A DNA stretch of 32,054 bases, from positions 1 to 32,054 of the forward strand of contig CAWEYG010000020.1 of NCBI GenBank assembly GCA_963813155.1. Direction: 5' to 3'. A program made the position numbers and the translations under genes. The notes under the pieces were generated by a model that saw only the letters and a list, made by a program, of their open reading frames with translations, was not told the origin of the DNA and ran no database searches. Positions 13,163-22,040 of this stretch are shown in pieces. Source of the stretch: an uncultured Acidobacteriota bacterium (GTDB taxonomy: Bacteria; Acidobacteriota; Thermoanaerobaculia; UBA5066; DATFVB01). How positions within the stretch are numbered: position 1 is the first letter of the stretch; every line of letters starts with the position of its first letter.

Positions 13163-13362
13163 TCCCGGGGTTCTCAGGCGACCAACGGCGGCGCTCGGCA
13201 GTTCCTCGCTCGCCGAAAAGAACTCGCAACATCGGGCTTCGCTCCGGCGTCGCCTTTCCGTGGGGGGCTTGAAGGCTTCGAGTTGAAGGCATCCAGCTCA
13301 GACACACTTTTCGGCTTCTCAGAACCGCCTGCGCGCCGCCTCAGGACCCGGACGGCTCCCGG
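13163..13362. repeat. Long imperfect palindrome (REP/MITE-like) between convergent genes
   Basis: GGCGGCGC 13187-13194 pairs with GCGCCGCC 13333-13340; GGCAGTTC 13197-13204 with GAACCGCC 13322-13329; GCCGAAAAG 13212-13220 with CTTTTCGGC 13307-13315. Confidence 0.55.
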
Positions 13363-13384
13363 GCTTCGCTCGCGGGATCTTGCG

Positions 13385-13549
13385 GCGGGTCGCAGGTGCC
13401 TCCCGAGAGGAGCGTATGTTTTTTCGCTGGAGCGGCGCTGCGACTCGCGAGGAGTCAAGTCGCGAAAAAACATGCCCGAGGAGCGCGCACGGACAGGATG
13501 CCACCGCCGGGCGCGCTGCGTCTCCTCGAGGGAGGCACCGAGGACCCGC
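13385..13549 (+). repeat. Structured dispersed repeat, copy 1 (conserved scaffold plus 29-nt variable loop)
   Basis: Reverse-complement match to 18719-18881: 130 of 136 scaffold nt identical by manual alignment. Terminal inverted repeat GCGGGTC...GACCCGC; stems GGTGCCTCCC/GGGAGGCACC and ATGTTTTTTCGC/GCGAAAAAACAT. Confidence 0.9.
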
Positions 13550-13561
13550 CGGGCGAAAACC

Positions 13562-14145
13562 CTACCTCGGCAAAATCCCGTGTTCTTGGAGGCGCCGTTG
13601 CAATTCCTCCACGCGGCTTTTGCGAACGCGGATCCGAAATCGCGCGACGTCGGAATAGCTCTCCTCGACGAGCACGACGTGCGGCGGGTCGACCAGGCCC
13701 TTCACGGCGGAGACCCGCTCGTAGGGAACGCTCAGATCGAGAACGTCGGCATCGAAAACTTCCTCCCGGCCCGCCTGTTCGAGCGCGAGCCGAGCGGCCT
13801 CGCGGTAACAGCGGACGAGACCGGCGGTCCCGAGCTTCGTTCCGCCGAAATACCGAACGACGGCGACGCAGACCTCGTCCAGCCCCGCCGACCGAATCGC
13901 CCCGAGGATCGGCTTGCCCGCCGTTCCCGAAGGCTCGCCGGAGTCCGCCGCCCGGCTCCCGCCGGCGATCGTCCACGCGAAGCAGACGTGGGTGGCGTCG
14001 TGGAACCTCTTTTCGAGCGACGCGACGAATTTCCGGGCCTCCTCTCCGGATCCGCGCGGAACGCGAATCCGAGAAACGTCGAACCCTTCTCGCGGATCTC
14101 GCTCTCGCCCGTCCGGGCGGGAACGAATCGGGAATCGCCGATCAT
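13562..14145 (-). CDS. yigZ: YigZ/IMPACT family protein, one frameshift near 14045
   Basis: ESEIREKGSTFLGFA, then in the shifted frame HDATHVCFAW, DSGEPSGTAGKPIL, VVRYFGGTKLGTAGLVRCY; TAG at 13562-13564. Confidence 0.85.
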
Positions 14146-14188
14146 CGCCGGGAGAAGAGGGGGCGACTCGCGGAGGCGGAAGGCGCGG

Positions 14189-15313
14189 TCATCGAACTTC
14201 GAGCGCGCGTTGATAGACCTGCAGGTATTGCGCGACGGCACGATCCTCGGGGAAGACCTCGACGGCTCGCCGCCGCGCCGAGCGGGAGAATTCCGTTCGC
14301 CGGTCCGGATCGGTCAGGAGCGAGAGGGCGTCCCGGGCCATGCCGTCGACGTCGCCGATCGGGCGAAGAAAACCGGAGCTTCCGCTCTCGACGACCTCCG
14401 GAAGGCCGCCGGCGTCGGTACCGACGACCGGAACGCCGCAGGCCATCGCCTCGAGCGCGGACAGGCCGAACGATTCGCGGTCGGAAGTGAGCAGCAGGAG
14501 GTCGCAGACCGGGAGGAGCGTCTCGACGGCCGTCAGGTTGCCGAGGAAATGGACGAGCTCGCAGATGCCCTTCTCGCGGCAGAGCCTCTCCACGAGAGCG
14601 CGGTCGGGGCCGTCGCCGACGAGAAGTAGCCGCGCGGGGATGTTCTTCTGCACCCGGTCGAAGATCTCGATCACGTCCCCGACGCGCTTGACCGGGCGAA
14701 AGTTCGAGATGTGGACGAGGAGGGCTTCGCCTTTCTTTTTGAAGCCGCGGGCCCAGGTCGACGCGGCGTCGGGCCGGTAGCGCTCGCCGTCCACGAAATT
14801 CGGAACCACGTCGATTGAACGGCGAATTCCGAATTGCGCGATCGTGACGTCTCGCAGGTACCCGGAGACCGCCGTGGCCGCGTCGCTCTTCTCGATCGCA
14901 AAACGGGTGATCGGGAGATAGGACTGGTCCTGCCCGACGAGCGTGATGTCGGTACCGTGCAGCGTCGTGACGACCGCGAGCCGCGAGGGCTCCCGCATCT
15001 GCCGCGCGAGAATCGCGGAGATCGCGTGCGGGAGCGCGTAGTGGACGTGCAAAAGATCGAGGGGCGCGTGCTCGGCGACGTCAGCCATTTTCGTCGCGAG
15101 AGCGAGCGTGTAGGGGGGCGACACGAACAGGGGATAGCTCGGCGCGGAAACCTGGTGGTACGTCACGCCCGGAGTGAAATCGGGCAGCCTCGACGGGCGA
15201 CTGTACGAGAGGATGTGGATCTGGTGTCCCCGCGCGGCGAGCGCGAGGCCGAGCTCCGTCGCGACGACGCCGCTGCCGCCGAAGGTCGGGTAGCACGCGA
15301 TCCCGATTCTCAT
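14189..15313 (-). CDS. bshA: N-acetyl-alpha-D-glucosaminyl L-malate synthase (GT4)
   Basis: MRIGIACYPTFGGSGVVATELG, HVHYALPHA, TTLHGTDITLVG, HISNFRPVKR, ESFGLSALEAM; adjacent to bshB1 and bshC. Confidence 0.93.
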   Translation of the reverse strand: MRIGIACYPTFGGSGVVATELGLALAARGHQIHILSYSRPSRLPDFTPGVTYHQVSAPSYPLFVSPPYTLALATKMADVAEHAPLDLLHVHYALPHAISAILARQMREPSRLAVVTTLHGTDITLVGQDQSYLPITRFAIEKSDAATAVSGYLRDVTIAQFGIRRSIDVVPNFVDGERYRPDAASTWARGFKKKGEALLVHISNFRPVKRVGDVIEIFDRVQKNIPARLLLVGDGPDRALVERLCREKGICELVHFLGNLTAVETLLPVCDLLLLTSDRESFGLSALEAMACGVPVVGTDAGGLPEVVESGSSGFLRPIGDVDGMARDALSLLTDPDRRTEFSRSARRRAVEVFPEDRAVAQYLQVYQRALEVR

Positions 15314-15320
15314 TCCGTCC

Positions 15321-16046
15321 TCATTCGAAACCCGGCTCGTACCCTTCGAAGGCTTCGAGGGGATCTGCGATCCGCGGAGGCCGGCGGGAGATGAACCCTT
15401 CGCCGAACTCGACTCCCGTCATCTGGCCGAAGTGCCTCGCCCTCGCTTCGATTTCCTTCAGGAACTTCTCCGCCGTGAGCATCGTCTCGGGCTCGGAAGA
15501 ACCGGGGTTGTGGAATTGGGAGGCGAACGCGCGCACGGCCTCCATTTTCAACTCGTGCGTTTCGCTGACGTCGACGACGAACGTCGGCTCGTGGTAGTGC
15601 ATCGTCGAGAAGAACAGGACCTGCTGCGGACGGTGGGCCGGATGCGCGGTCTCCCGCTTTCGCAGCCCCGCGTAGAACGCCGCATCGGCGACGAGCCGTC
15701 CGCACCGGGCATGGTCCGGATGGCGGTCTTCGAAGTAGGAGGTCAGGATGATCCGGGGACGAAAGCGCCGGATCGCGTCGATGAGGAGATCCTCCTCCTC
15801 GCGGCCGGTCCGCAGCGCGCCGTCGCCGAAATCGAGGTTCTCCCGGGCGGCGGCGCCGAGAATATCGGCCGCGCGGCGCGCTTCGCGGTCGCGGACCTCC
15901 GCGGTCCCCCGCGTTCCCATCTCTCCGCGCGTCAGATCCAGAATCCCGAAGCTCCTTCCCCGGAGGCGCATCTTGGCGAGCGTTCCGGCGCAGCACATTT
16001 CGACGTCGTCCGGGTGCGCGGCGATCGCCAGGACGTCGACTCTCAT
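15321..16046 (-). CDS. bshB1: Bacillithiol biosynthesis deacetylase (PIG-L family)
   Basis: MRVDVLAIAAHPDDVE, DLTRGEMGTRGT, DRHPDH, AFASQF; the ATG overlaps the bshC stop. Confidence 0.9.
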   Translation of the reverse strand: MRVDVLAIAAHPDDVEMCCAGTLAKMRLRGRSFGILDLTRGEMGTRGTAEVRDREARRAADILGAAARENLDFGDGALRTGREEEDLLIDAIRRFRPRIILTSYFEDRHPDHARCGRLVADAAFYAGLRKRETAHPAHRPQQVLFFSTMHYHEPTFVVDVSETHELKMEAVRAFASQFHNPGSSEPETMLTAEKFLKEIEARARHFGQMTGVEFGEGFISRRPPRIADPLEAFEGYEPGFE

Positions 16047-17528
16047 GAGAAGTCCACGAAAGAGGCGCCGTCGAGACGGCATTCGGCTGCAGCGAGGATC
16101 CCCGGGACGAACGCCTCTCCGAACCGCAGGAGGTAGGTCAGCGGGGAATAGACGCGGTCCGCCGGAGCTCCCCCGGGAGCCAGGGCGTGCTCGATCGCTT
16201 CCAGCCGGCGGTTCTTCTCTTCGTCGCGCCGTTCGGCGGCCTTCTCGACTTTCTCCCGGAGGCGCCCGATCTGGTGCGAGATCTTCTCGGCGGCGCCGGC
16301 GAGCACCGGCGAAAGCGTCGGGTCGACCGAGCCGATGTCGGGCGCCAGGGCCGAGAGCTCGGCGGCGATCCGCGAGTCGAGGTCGGTGAGTCGCCGGGCC
16401 GCGGGAGTCGCTTCTCCCCGGGCCGCTTCGCGCGCCCGGAAGATCTCCGCGTCCGGAATCTCGAGCGCCTCCTGAGCGCGCCGTTCGCGGGCGCCCCGGG
16501 GGAGGAGATGTGGGCGGGGAAGAAGAACGGGCAGGGCGAGGCCGAAAATCGGAAACAGCGGCGCCGATTGCGCGTGGTAAGCGAGCTCGGCGGGGCCGAG
16601 GATCTCGGCCGCGACCGGGAAGAGCCACGATTGGAGGACCGGCCGCAGGAGGGCCGCGGGCGACGGGTCTGGGCCGTCTTTTTCCGCGTGGTCCGCGAGC
16701 TCGCTCGCGGAGTACTTTCGCCCGTCTCCGTGCACGGCAAATCGCGATCCGTCGAAGGAGATCTTCCGGCGGATGCCTCCTTCGATCAGGAAGCAGGGAA
16801 AATCGCGCTCTGCGCGCGCGACCTGCGGGGAGAATCCCGCGGCTCGAAGGCGCGAGTCGGCGGCGTCGAGGGCCGAGACGATTTCCGGGGCGCACCGCAG
16901 GGCGCGGCGGAAGAACTCGAGTTTTCGTTCTCGCCACCGCGCTTCGAGAGGGTCGACCCACTCGAGGTCCGCGTTCGGCAGGAGGCGCTGCATCGTGTCG
17001 CGGAAGGCCTCGCCGAACGTTCTTCCGGGCGACCATAGGCGCTCGAACGTCTCCAGGATCTCCGGGTTCGCCGGGCCCGGAGAGTCCCGCAGGGCCTGGA
17101 AAACGCTCCGGATGTCGGCGGGGATCGGGACCGTCCCGGAGGGGTGGAAATTCTTCTCGGAAGGCTTCTCGAGCCGGAACGTCTCCGGACCCTTTTCTCC
17201 GAGAAGCGTGACCCGGGAGATCTCCTCGAGATCGTGGTCTTCGGTTGCGATCCAAAAAAGGCCGCGGACGCTGCGTTCCGCTCTTCGACACCTGCTCCGC
17301 CGTCCGGCTCGCCGTCGCGGCCTTCGTCAGCGAATAGAGGGGGCCGGTGAAAAGGCTCGCCTGCTGGCCCGCCGCGATCCAGACTTGCCCGCCGCCGGCC
17401 GAGAGCTCCCGGGCGCGGACTTCCACCGCTTGCAGGGCAGGCTCGACGGGCAGGAAATCGCGGGCCTCGCCGCGGACGTATCGAAGGAACAGGGGCGGCA
17501 ACCCGGGCATTCGTTCGAACGGGATCAC
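16043..17528 (-). CDS. bshC: Bacillithiol biosynthesis cysteine-adding enzyme, one frameshift near 17270
   Basis: AGQQASLFTGPLYSLTKA, then in the shifted frame FWIATEDHDLEEI, SPAALLRPVLQ, GPAELAYHAQ, PGGAPADRV. Confidence 0.87.
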
Positions 17529-17561
17529 CGCGTCATTATCTTCGAAAGCCGCCCGCCGAAA

Positions 17562-17589
17562 TGGACTTTCGAGCGCCGCCCCATATAAT
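17562..17589 (+). promoter_or_regulatory. Putative sigma70 promoter of lepB (probably leaderless)
   Basis: TGGACT-16 nt-TATAAT, then an in-frame GTG 7 nt later (17597); no SD. Confidence 0.5.
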
Positions 17590-17596
17590 GCCGCGC

Positions 17597-18303
17597 GTGA
17601 CTGCGGTCCGCCGTAAACAATCTCTCGCCCGCGAATACTACGAAGCCATCCTCGTCGCGGTGATCTTCGCGCTGTTCGTCCGGACGTTCGTTTTTCAGGC
17701 CTTCCAGGTCCCGAGCGGATCGATGGAAAAGACCGTGTTGATCGGCGATCACATGCTCGTCAACAAGTTCATCTACGCCCCCCACGCCGGCGGTCTCCTC
17801 GAGAAGCTCCTTCCCTACCGCGCGCCGAGGCGGGGCGACGTCTTCGTCTTCAAGTTTCCCGACAGCCCGGACCGGGACTTCATCAAACGCCTCGTCGCGC
17901 TTCCCGGCGACCGTGTCGAAGAGCGGGACAAGACCGTTTCCGTCAACGGGGAGCCGTTCTCCGAAAAGCACACGTACCACACCGATCCGCACGTCTGGCC
18001 CTCGGACCGGCGCTTCCCGAGCTCTCGCGCAAGCGGGACAATTTCGGGCCGATCGTGATTCCGCCCGACCGATTCCTGGCGATGGGAGACAACCGGGACA
18101 ATTCCTACGATTCCCGTTTCTGGGGGCCCGTGCCGCGCGACAACATCAAAGGACGGGCTCTTTTGGTATACTGGTCCTACGAGGCCGAGCCGGATTCCGC
18201 GGAGTGGCGCGGTTATGCGGACAAGTTCGGGCGACTCGCCGGCGTCGCGCTCCACTTTTTCACCCGCACCCGGTGGGACCGCACTTTTCGAATGGTGAGG
18301 TAG
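17597..18303 (+). CDS. lepB: Signal peptidase I, one frameshift near 18020 (alternative start ATG 17588)
   Basis: [10 protein letters not shown] (Ser), [21 protein letters not shown] (Lys), [15 protein letters not shown]. Confidence 0.92.
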
Positions 18304-18315
18304 GGGGCCAACACG

Positions 18316-18683
18316 ATGCGAGCACGCAGGTCGATCTCGGGACTGGGCGAGCCGGTTGTTTCATCTGGCTCGTTCTTCTCGGGGCGGTCGTGCTCGTGCT
18401 CTCCAAAGTCGTTCCCGTGAAGATGCGAACGTCACAATTCTTCGACGCGATGGAAGAGCAGGCGCAGTTCGGAAGCATCAAGGGAGACAAGAGCATTCAG
18501 AACGAGCTCTTCCAGAAGGCCCAGGACCTCCAGCTCCCCTTGAAGAAGGAAGACATCGTCGTCCACCGCGACGGCTCGAACGTCTACGTGGAAGCCCATT
18601 ACAAGATCACGATCGAGTTCCCGGGCTACACGTACGTCTGGCAGGAGAACCCGCGAGTCATCCGTCCGCTGTTCGCGGTGTAA
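18316..18683 (+). CDS. DUF4845-like pilin-shaped membrane protein, one frameshift near 18345
   Basis: MRARRSISG then GRAGCFIWLVLLGAVVLVLSKVVP...IEFPGYTY; sits directly after lepB, the usual place for DUF4845 genes. Confidence 0.65.
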
Positions 18684-18718
18684 GGGCTCGCTCAGCCGAC
18701 GTCGCGGCCGAACCCCAC

Positions 18719-18881
18719 GCGGGTCTTCGGCGCCTCCCTCGAGGAGACGCAGCGCGCCCGGCGGTGGCATCTTGTCCGTGCGCGCTCCTCGGGCAAGTTT
18801 TTTCGCGACATCGCACCCACTTGTTCCAGGCCATATCAGCGAAAAAACATACGCTCCTCTCGGGAGGCGCCTGTGACCCGC
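18719..18881 (-). repeat. Structured dispersed repeat, copy 2 (inverted relative to copy 1; 27-nt variable loop)
   Basis: Reverse complement of 13385-13549 except for the loop at 18810-18836 and 6 substitutions, two of which are compensatory. Confidence 0.9.
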
Positions 18882-18998
18882 TCCGGCCCCCGGCCGCTTC
18901 GCCAGCTTCGCTCGTGAGTGGGGGAGCAAGGCGCCGAGTTCCGATTCCCGAAGGAGCAATTGCCACTGGGAGCGCGGCGAGTTGACTCATCGAGCAAT

Positions 18999-19025
18999 AA
19001 AAAACGGGGCTTTCGCCCCGTTTTT
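18999..19025. terminator. Bidirectional rho-independent terminator
   Basis: AAAAAACGGGGC-TTTC-GCCCCGTTTTT between convergent genes. Confidence 0.85.
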
Positions 19026-19051
19026 AGGTAACCGAGACTGGGTTCGGGAGC

Positions 19052-19390
19052 TTACTTCTTGGCGGCGACGGGCTCGGCCTTGGTCGCGTGGACCATTCCG
19101 TCCTTCATCGACACGCCGGAGAGCGTCACTTCCTGGGCCATCATGCCTTCCATCGGCTTCTGGCAGTCGGCGTCGAAATTCATGACCTTCTTGGTGGCGT
19201 TGTCGTAGAAGGCGACTTTCTGGCCTTCTTTGACGCACTTCGCGCCGCACTCTTTGTGGCTGGCGGCAGCGCCCTTGGCGCCGCAGTGGGCTTCGGTGAC
19301 CCATCCGGTCATCGAATCGGCCGCGAGGGCCAGTGAAGCCGTCGCCGCCAGTGCCGCGGCGCCCAGGATTGCAAGGATCGATTTCTTCAT
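19052..19390 (-). CDS. Small secreted Cys/His-containing hypothetical protein
   Basis: 112 aa, signal peptide MKKSILAILGAAALAATASLALA, GAGGAGG SD, motif GWVTEAHCG...HKECGAKCVKEG. Confidence 0.8.
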   Translation of the reverse strand: MKKSILAILGAAALAATASLALAADSMTGWVTEAHCGAKGAAASHKECGAKCVKEGQKVAFYDNATKKVMNFDADCQKPMEGMMAQEVTLSGVSMKDGMVHATKAEPVAAKK

Positions 19391-19460
19391 GGAGTCCTCC
19401 TCTTTATTGATCTGGAAGTAGATCGTTGGAGGCCGATTCTAGTGAAGCCAGGCCCGGGAA

Positions 19461-20732
19461 TCAATTGGGGGAGAAACGCGCCCCGATGTCCGTTCGGTAG
19501 CTCTTGCCATCAAAGGAGATCCGGTCGACGCCGGCGTAGGCCTGGCGGGCGGCGTCGGCGAGCGTTGCGCCCCGCCCGGCGACGACGAGAACGCGTCCCC
19601 CAGCGGTGACGACGCGGCCGTCCCGAAGCGCCGTTCCCGAGTGAAAGACGCTCACCCCTTCTACTTCTTCGGCTTTCTCGATCCCCTCGATCGGGTGCCC
19701 GGTCTGGTAGCTTCCCGGGTACCCCGAGGCGGCGAGGACGACCGCGACGCACGCCTCGGCCTTCCAGGAAAGGTCGATCTCGGAAAGGGTTCCCCGGGCG
19801 CACGCCGCGAGGGCCTCGCCGAGGTCCGAATCGAGCCTGGGAAGGATCGCTTCGGTTTCGGGGTCGCCGAAGCGAGCGTTGAACTCGAGGACTTTCGGGC
19901 CCGACTTTCCGAGGATCAGCCCGGTATAGAGGAGTCCGCGGAACTCCCGCCCTTCCTGGGCCATTCCCGAGAGCGCCGGGTGGACGATGTCCCGCAGGAT
20001 CCCGGCGGCCTGTTCGGCTCCGAGAACGCCGGACGGGGAATGCGCCCCCATTCCGCCGGTGTTCGGGCCGCGATCGCCGTCGAAAACCTTCTTGTAGTCC
20101 TTTGCCGTCGGGAGTGCGAGCGCGACCCTTCCGTCGCACAGGGCGAGAAGCGAGACTTCCTCGCCTTCGAGGAATTCCTCGACCAGGATGCGATCGCCCG
20201 AGGCGCCAAACACCTTCTCCTGGAAGAACAGGTCGAGGGCTCGCTTCGCTTCGTCGGCGTCGGTGACGGTGATGACGCCCTTCCCCGCGGCGAGTCCGTC
20301 GGCCTTGAGCACGGCGGGAAATCCGATCTCGGAGAGCGCCGCCTTCGCCTCGGCGAGCGATGAGGCGACCATCGCGCGAGCCGTCGGGATTCCGTTGCGC
20401 CGGCAAAGCTCCTTGGAGTAGATCTTCGAGGCCTCGACTTCGGTCGCGAGGCGCGTCGGCCCGAAGATGAGGAGGCCCCGTTTCTGGAACTCGTCGACGA
20501 CGCCGAGCGAGAGGGGCAGCTCGGGGCCGATCACGGTGAGATCGATGTTGACCCGCGCCGCGAAGTCCGCGAGCTCGACGACCGACGCCGGCGAGATGGG
20601 GACCGCGTCGGCGATCTTCGAGATCCCCGCGTTTCCGGGGGCGGCGAAGAGTTCCGTGACGCTCCGGCTCGCCCGGAGGGCCGCCGCGAGCGCGTGCTCG
20701 CGTCCACCGGAGCCGACCAACAGAACTTTCAC
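19461..20732 (-). CDS. purD: Phosphoribosylamine-glycine ligase
   Basis: VGSGGREHALA, KADGLAAGKGV, GPNTGGMG, EFNARFGDPE, GGRVL. Confidence 0.96.
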   Translation of the reverse strand: MKVLLVGSGGREHALAAALRASRSVTELFAAPGNAGISKIADAVPISPASVVELADFAARVNIDLTVIGPELPLSLGVVDEFQKRGLLIFGPTRLATEVEASKIYSKELCRRNGIPTARAMVASSLAEAKAALSEIGFPAVLKADGLAAGKGVITVTDADEAKRALDLFFQEKVFGASGDRILVEEFLEGEEVSLLALCDGRVALALPTAKDYKKVFDGDRGPNTGGMGAHSPSGVLGAEQAAGILRDIVHPALSGMAQEGREFRGLLYTGLILGKSGPKVLEFNARFGDPETEAILPRLDSDLGEALAACARGTLSEIDLSWKAEACVAVVLAASGYPGSYQTGHPIEGIEKAEEVEGVSVFHSGTALRDGRVVTAGGRVLVVAGRGATLADAARQAYAGVDRISFDGKSYRTDIGARFSPN

Positions 20733-20784
20733 AGCTGGCCGGTGAGTTTATCGCAAACGGGAATAAGGATTAAGATGGCCGTTG

Positions 20785-21717
20785 ATGAAGCTCGAGATTC
20801 GCGGAGCCGGAACCGCCCTCGTGACGCCCTTCGACGAAAGGGGCAAGATCGATTTCGGGTCGATCGAGTCGCTCGTCGAGTGGCAAATCGGCGAGGGGAC
20901 GGAGTTCCTCGTTTCGTGCACCGCGGAGGGGGAATCGCCCGCCCTGTCGGGGGACGAGAGGAAGGCGGTGACCGCGCACGTCGTCGCGGCCGCGAACGGG
21001 CGCGTGCCCGTGGTCGCCGGAGCGGGCGGGAACCACACGGCCAAGTCGGTCTTCTGGGCCCGCGACGCGGAGAAGGCGGGCGCTTCCGCGCTCCTCGCGG
21101 TCAACCCCTTCTACAACTGCCCGACGGCGGAGGGCCTCACCCGGCACTTCGCCGCGATTTGCGACTCCACCCGCCTGCCCGTGCTGATTTACAACGCGCC
21201 GGCTCGAACGGGAATCGACCTGGATGTCGATCGGATTCTGAAGCTCGCCGAATTGCCGCGGATCGGGGGCCTCGTCGAGTCTTCCACGGACTTTCGAAAG
21301 GTGGCGAGTCTTCTCCCGCGCGTTCCGGAGGACTTCGCCGTTTTTTCGGCGGACGACCGGACGGCTCTCGCCGGCCTCGGCATGGGGATGCGCGGCGTCG
21401 TCTCGCTTGCGGGGAATCTCGCGCCCGGCGCCATTTTCCGCTACGTCGACGCGGCGCTGAACGGCCGGGGCGACGAGGCGCGCGAGCTCCTCCGAAAGTA
21501 CGCGCCGTTGATGGAAGCGTGCTGCTTCGAGACGAGCCCCGGTCCCATCAAGGCCGCTCTCGCCATGATGAACCGGTGCGGCGAGACGCTGCGGCTTCCG
21601 CTCGCGCCGGTTCGGGAAGACACGCGGCGCCGCATCGAAAAAATCGTGCGAGCTTTGAAGCTCGACGCAGGCCCTAGTACGGTTCGACGATCCAGACTTT
21701 CCCGTAGCGAAAAGTGA
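20785..21717 (+). CDS. DapA/NAL-family TIM-barrel protein with a degenerate active site
   Basis: TALVTPF, GRVPVVAGAG, PFYN, IYNAPARTG, ETSPGPIKAA, LRLPL match DHDPS, but GTTGE reads TAEGE and GxKE reads GLVE. Confidence 0.85.
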   Translation: MKLEIRGAGTALVTPFDERGKIDFGSIESLVEWQIGEGTEFLVSCTAEGESPALSGDERKAVTAHVVAAANGRVPVVAGAGGNHTAKSVFWARDAEKAGASALLAVNPFYNCPTAEGLTRHFAAICDSTRLPVLIYNAPARTGIDLDVDRILKLAELPRIGGLVESSTDFRKVASLLPRVPEDFAVFSADDRTALAGLGMGMRGVVSLAGNLAPGAIFRYVDAALNGRGDEARELLRKYAPLMEACCFETSPGPIKAALAMMNRCGETLRLPLAPVREDTRRRIEKIVRALKLDAGPSTVRRSRLSRSEK

Positions 21718-22033
21718 CCTTTTTGGAGATCGCCTCGAAGCGCCAGATCTCGTTGTCGAGCGCGTCGTGCTCGACGGAGGTCGGGTCCCCCCAGATCGCC
21801 TTTACCTCTTCCCGGGTCATGTTTTCGGAAACCGTCTGACCGGAGGCGGCGCTTTCGAGGGTGTGCATCTCGTTGACGCGCGCCTTTTCCCGTCCCGCCG
21901 CCTTTTCCGCGCGGGGCATGACCTTTGTTTCGTCGACGAAATTCTGTTCGACGTATTTCGAAAAGACGTCCGTCCGCGCCACGAGGTACCAGACTCCGAT
22001 CAGCACGAGCAACACGAGAGTCAGTTTTTTCAT
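21674..22033 (-). CDS. Membrane-anchored hypothetical protein with a SmpA/BamE-like C-terminal motif
   Basis: N-terminal hydrophobic helix; NMTREEVKAIWGDP...WRF motif; 7 nt downstream of the SDR gene. Confidence 0.65.
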   Translation of the reverse strand: MKKLTLVLLVLIGVWYLVARTDVFSKYVEQNFVDETKVMPRAEKAAGREKARVNEMHTLESAASGQTVSENMTREEVKAIWGDPTSVEHDALDNEIWRFEAISKKVTFRYGKVWIVEPY

Positions 22034-22040
22034 CGCCGGC

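Noticed and set aside
13283-14629. ORFs here and at 18432-18990 sharing peptides such as PPERSVCFFA and CPRSAHGQDATAGRAASPRGR
   Set aside because: Translations of the non-coding repeat in several frames, not paralogous proteins.
15321-17528. 735-aa apparent BshC-BshB1 fusion
   Set aside because: Produced by the frameshift near 17270; the middle is nonsense, and bshB1 has its own ATG overlapping the bshC stop.
17913-18683. 256-aa ORF spanning lepB and the downstream gene
   Set aside because: The N-terminal half is an off-frame reading of lepB; only the last ~115 residues are real.
13385-18881. Repeat plus variable spacer read as CRISPR or IS ends
   Set aside because: Only two copies, 5 kb apart and inverted; no tandem array, cas gene or transposase between or near them.
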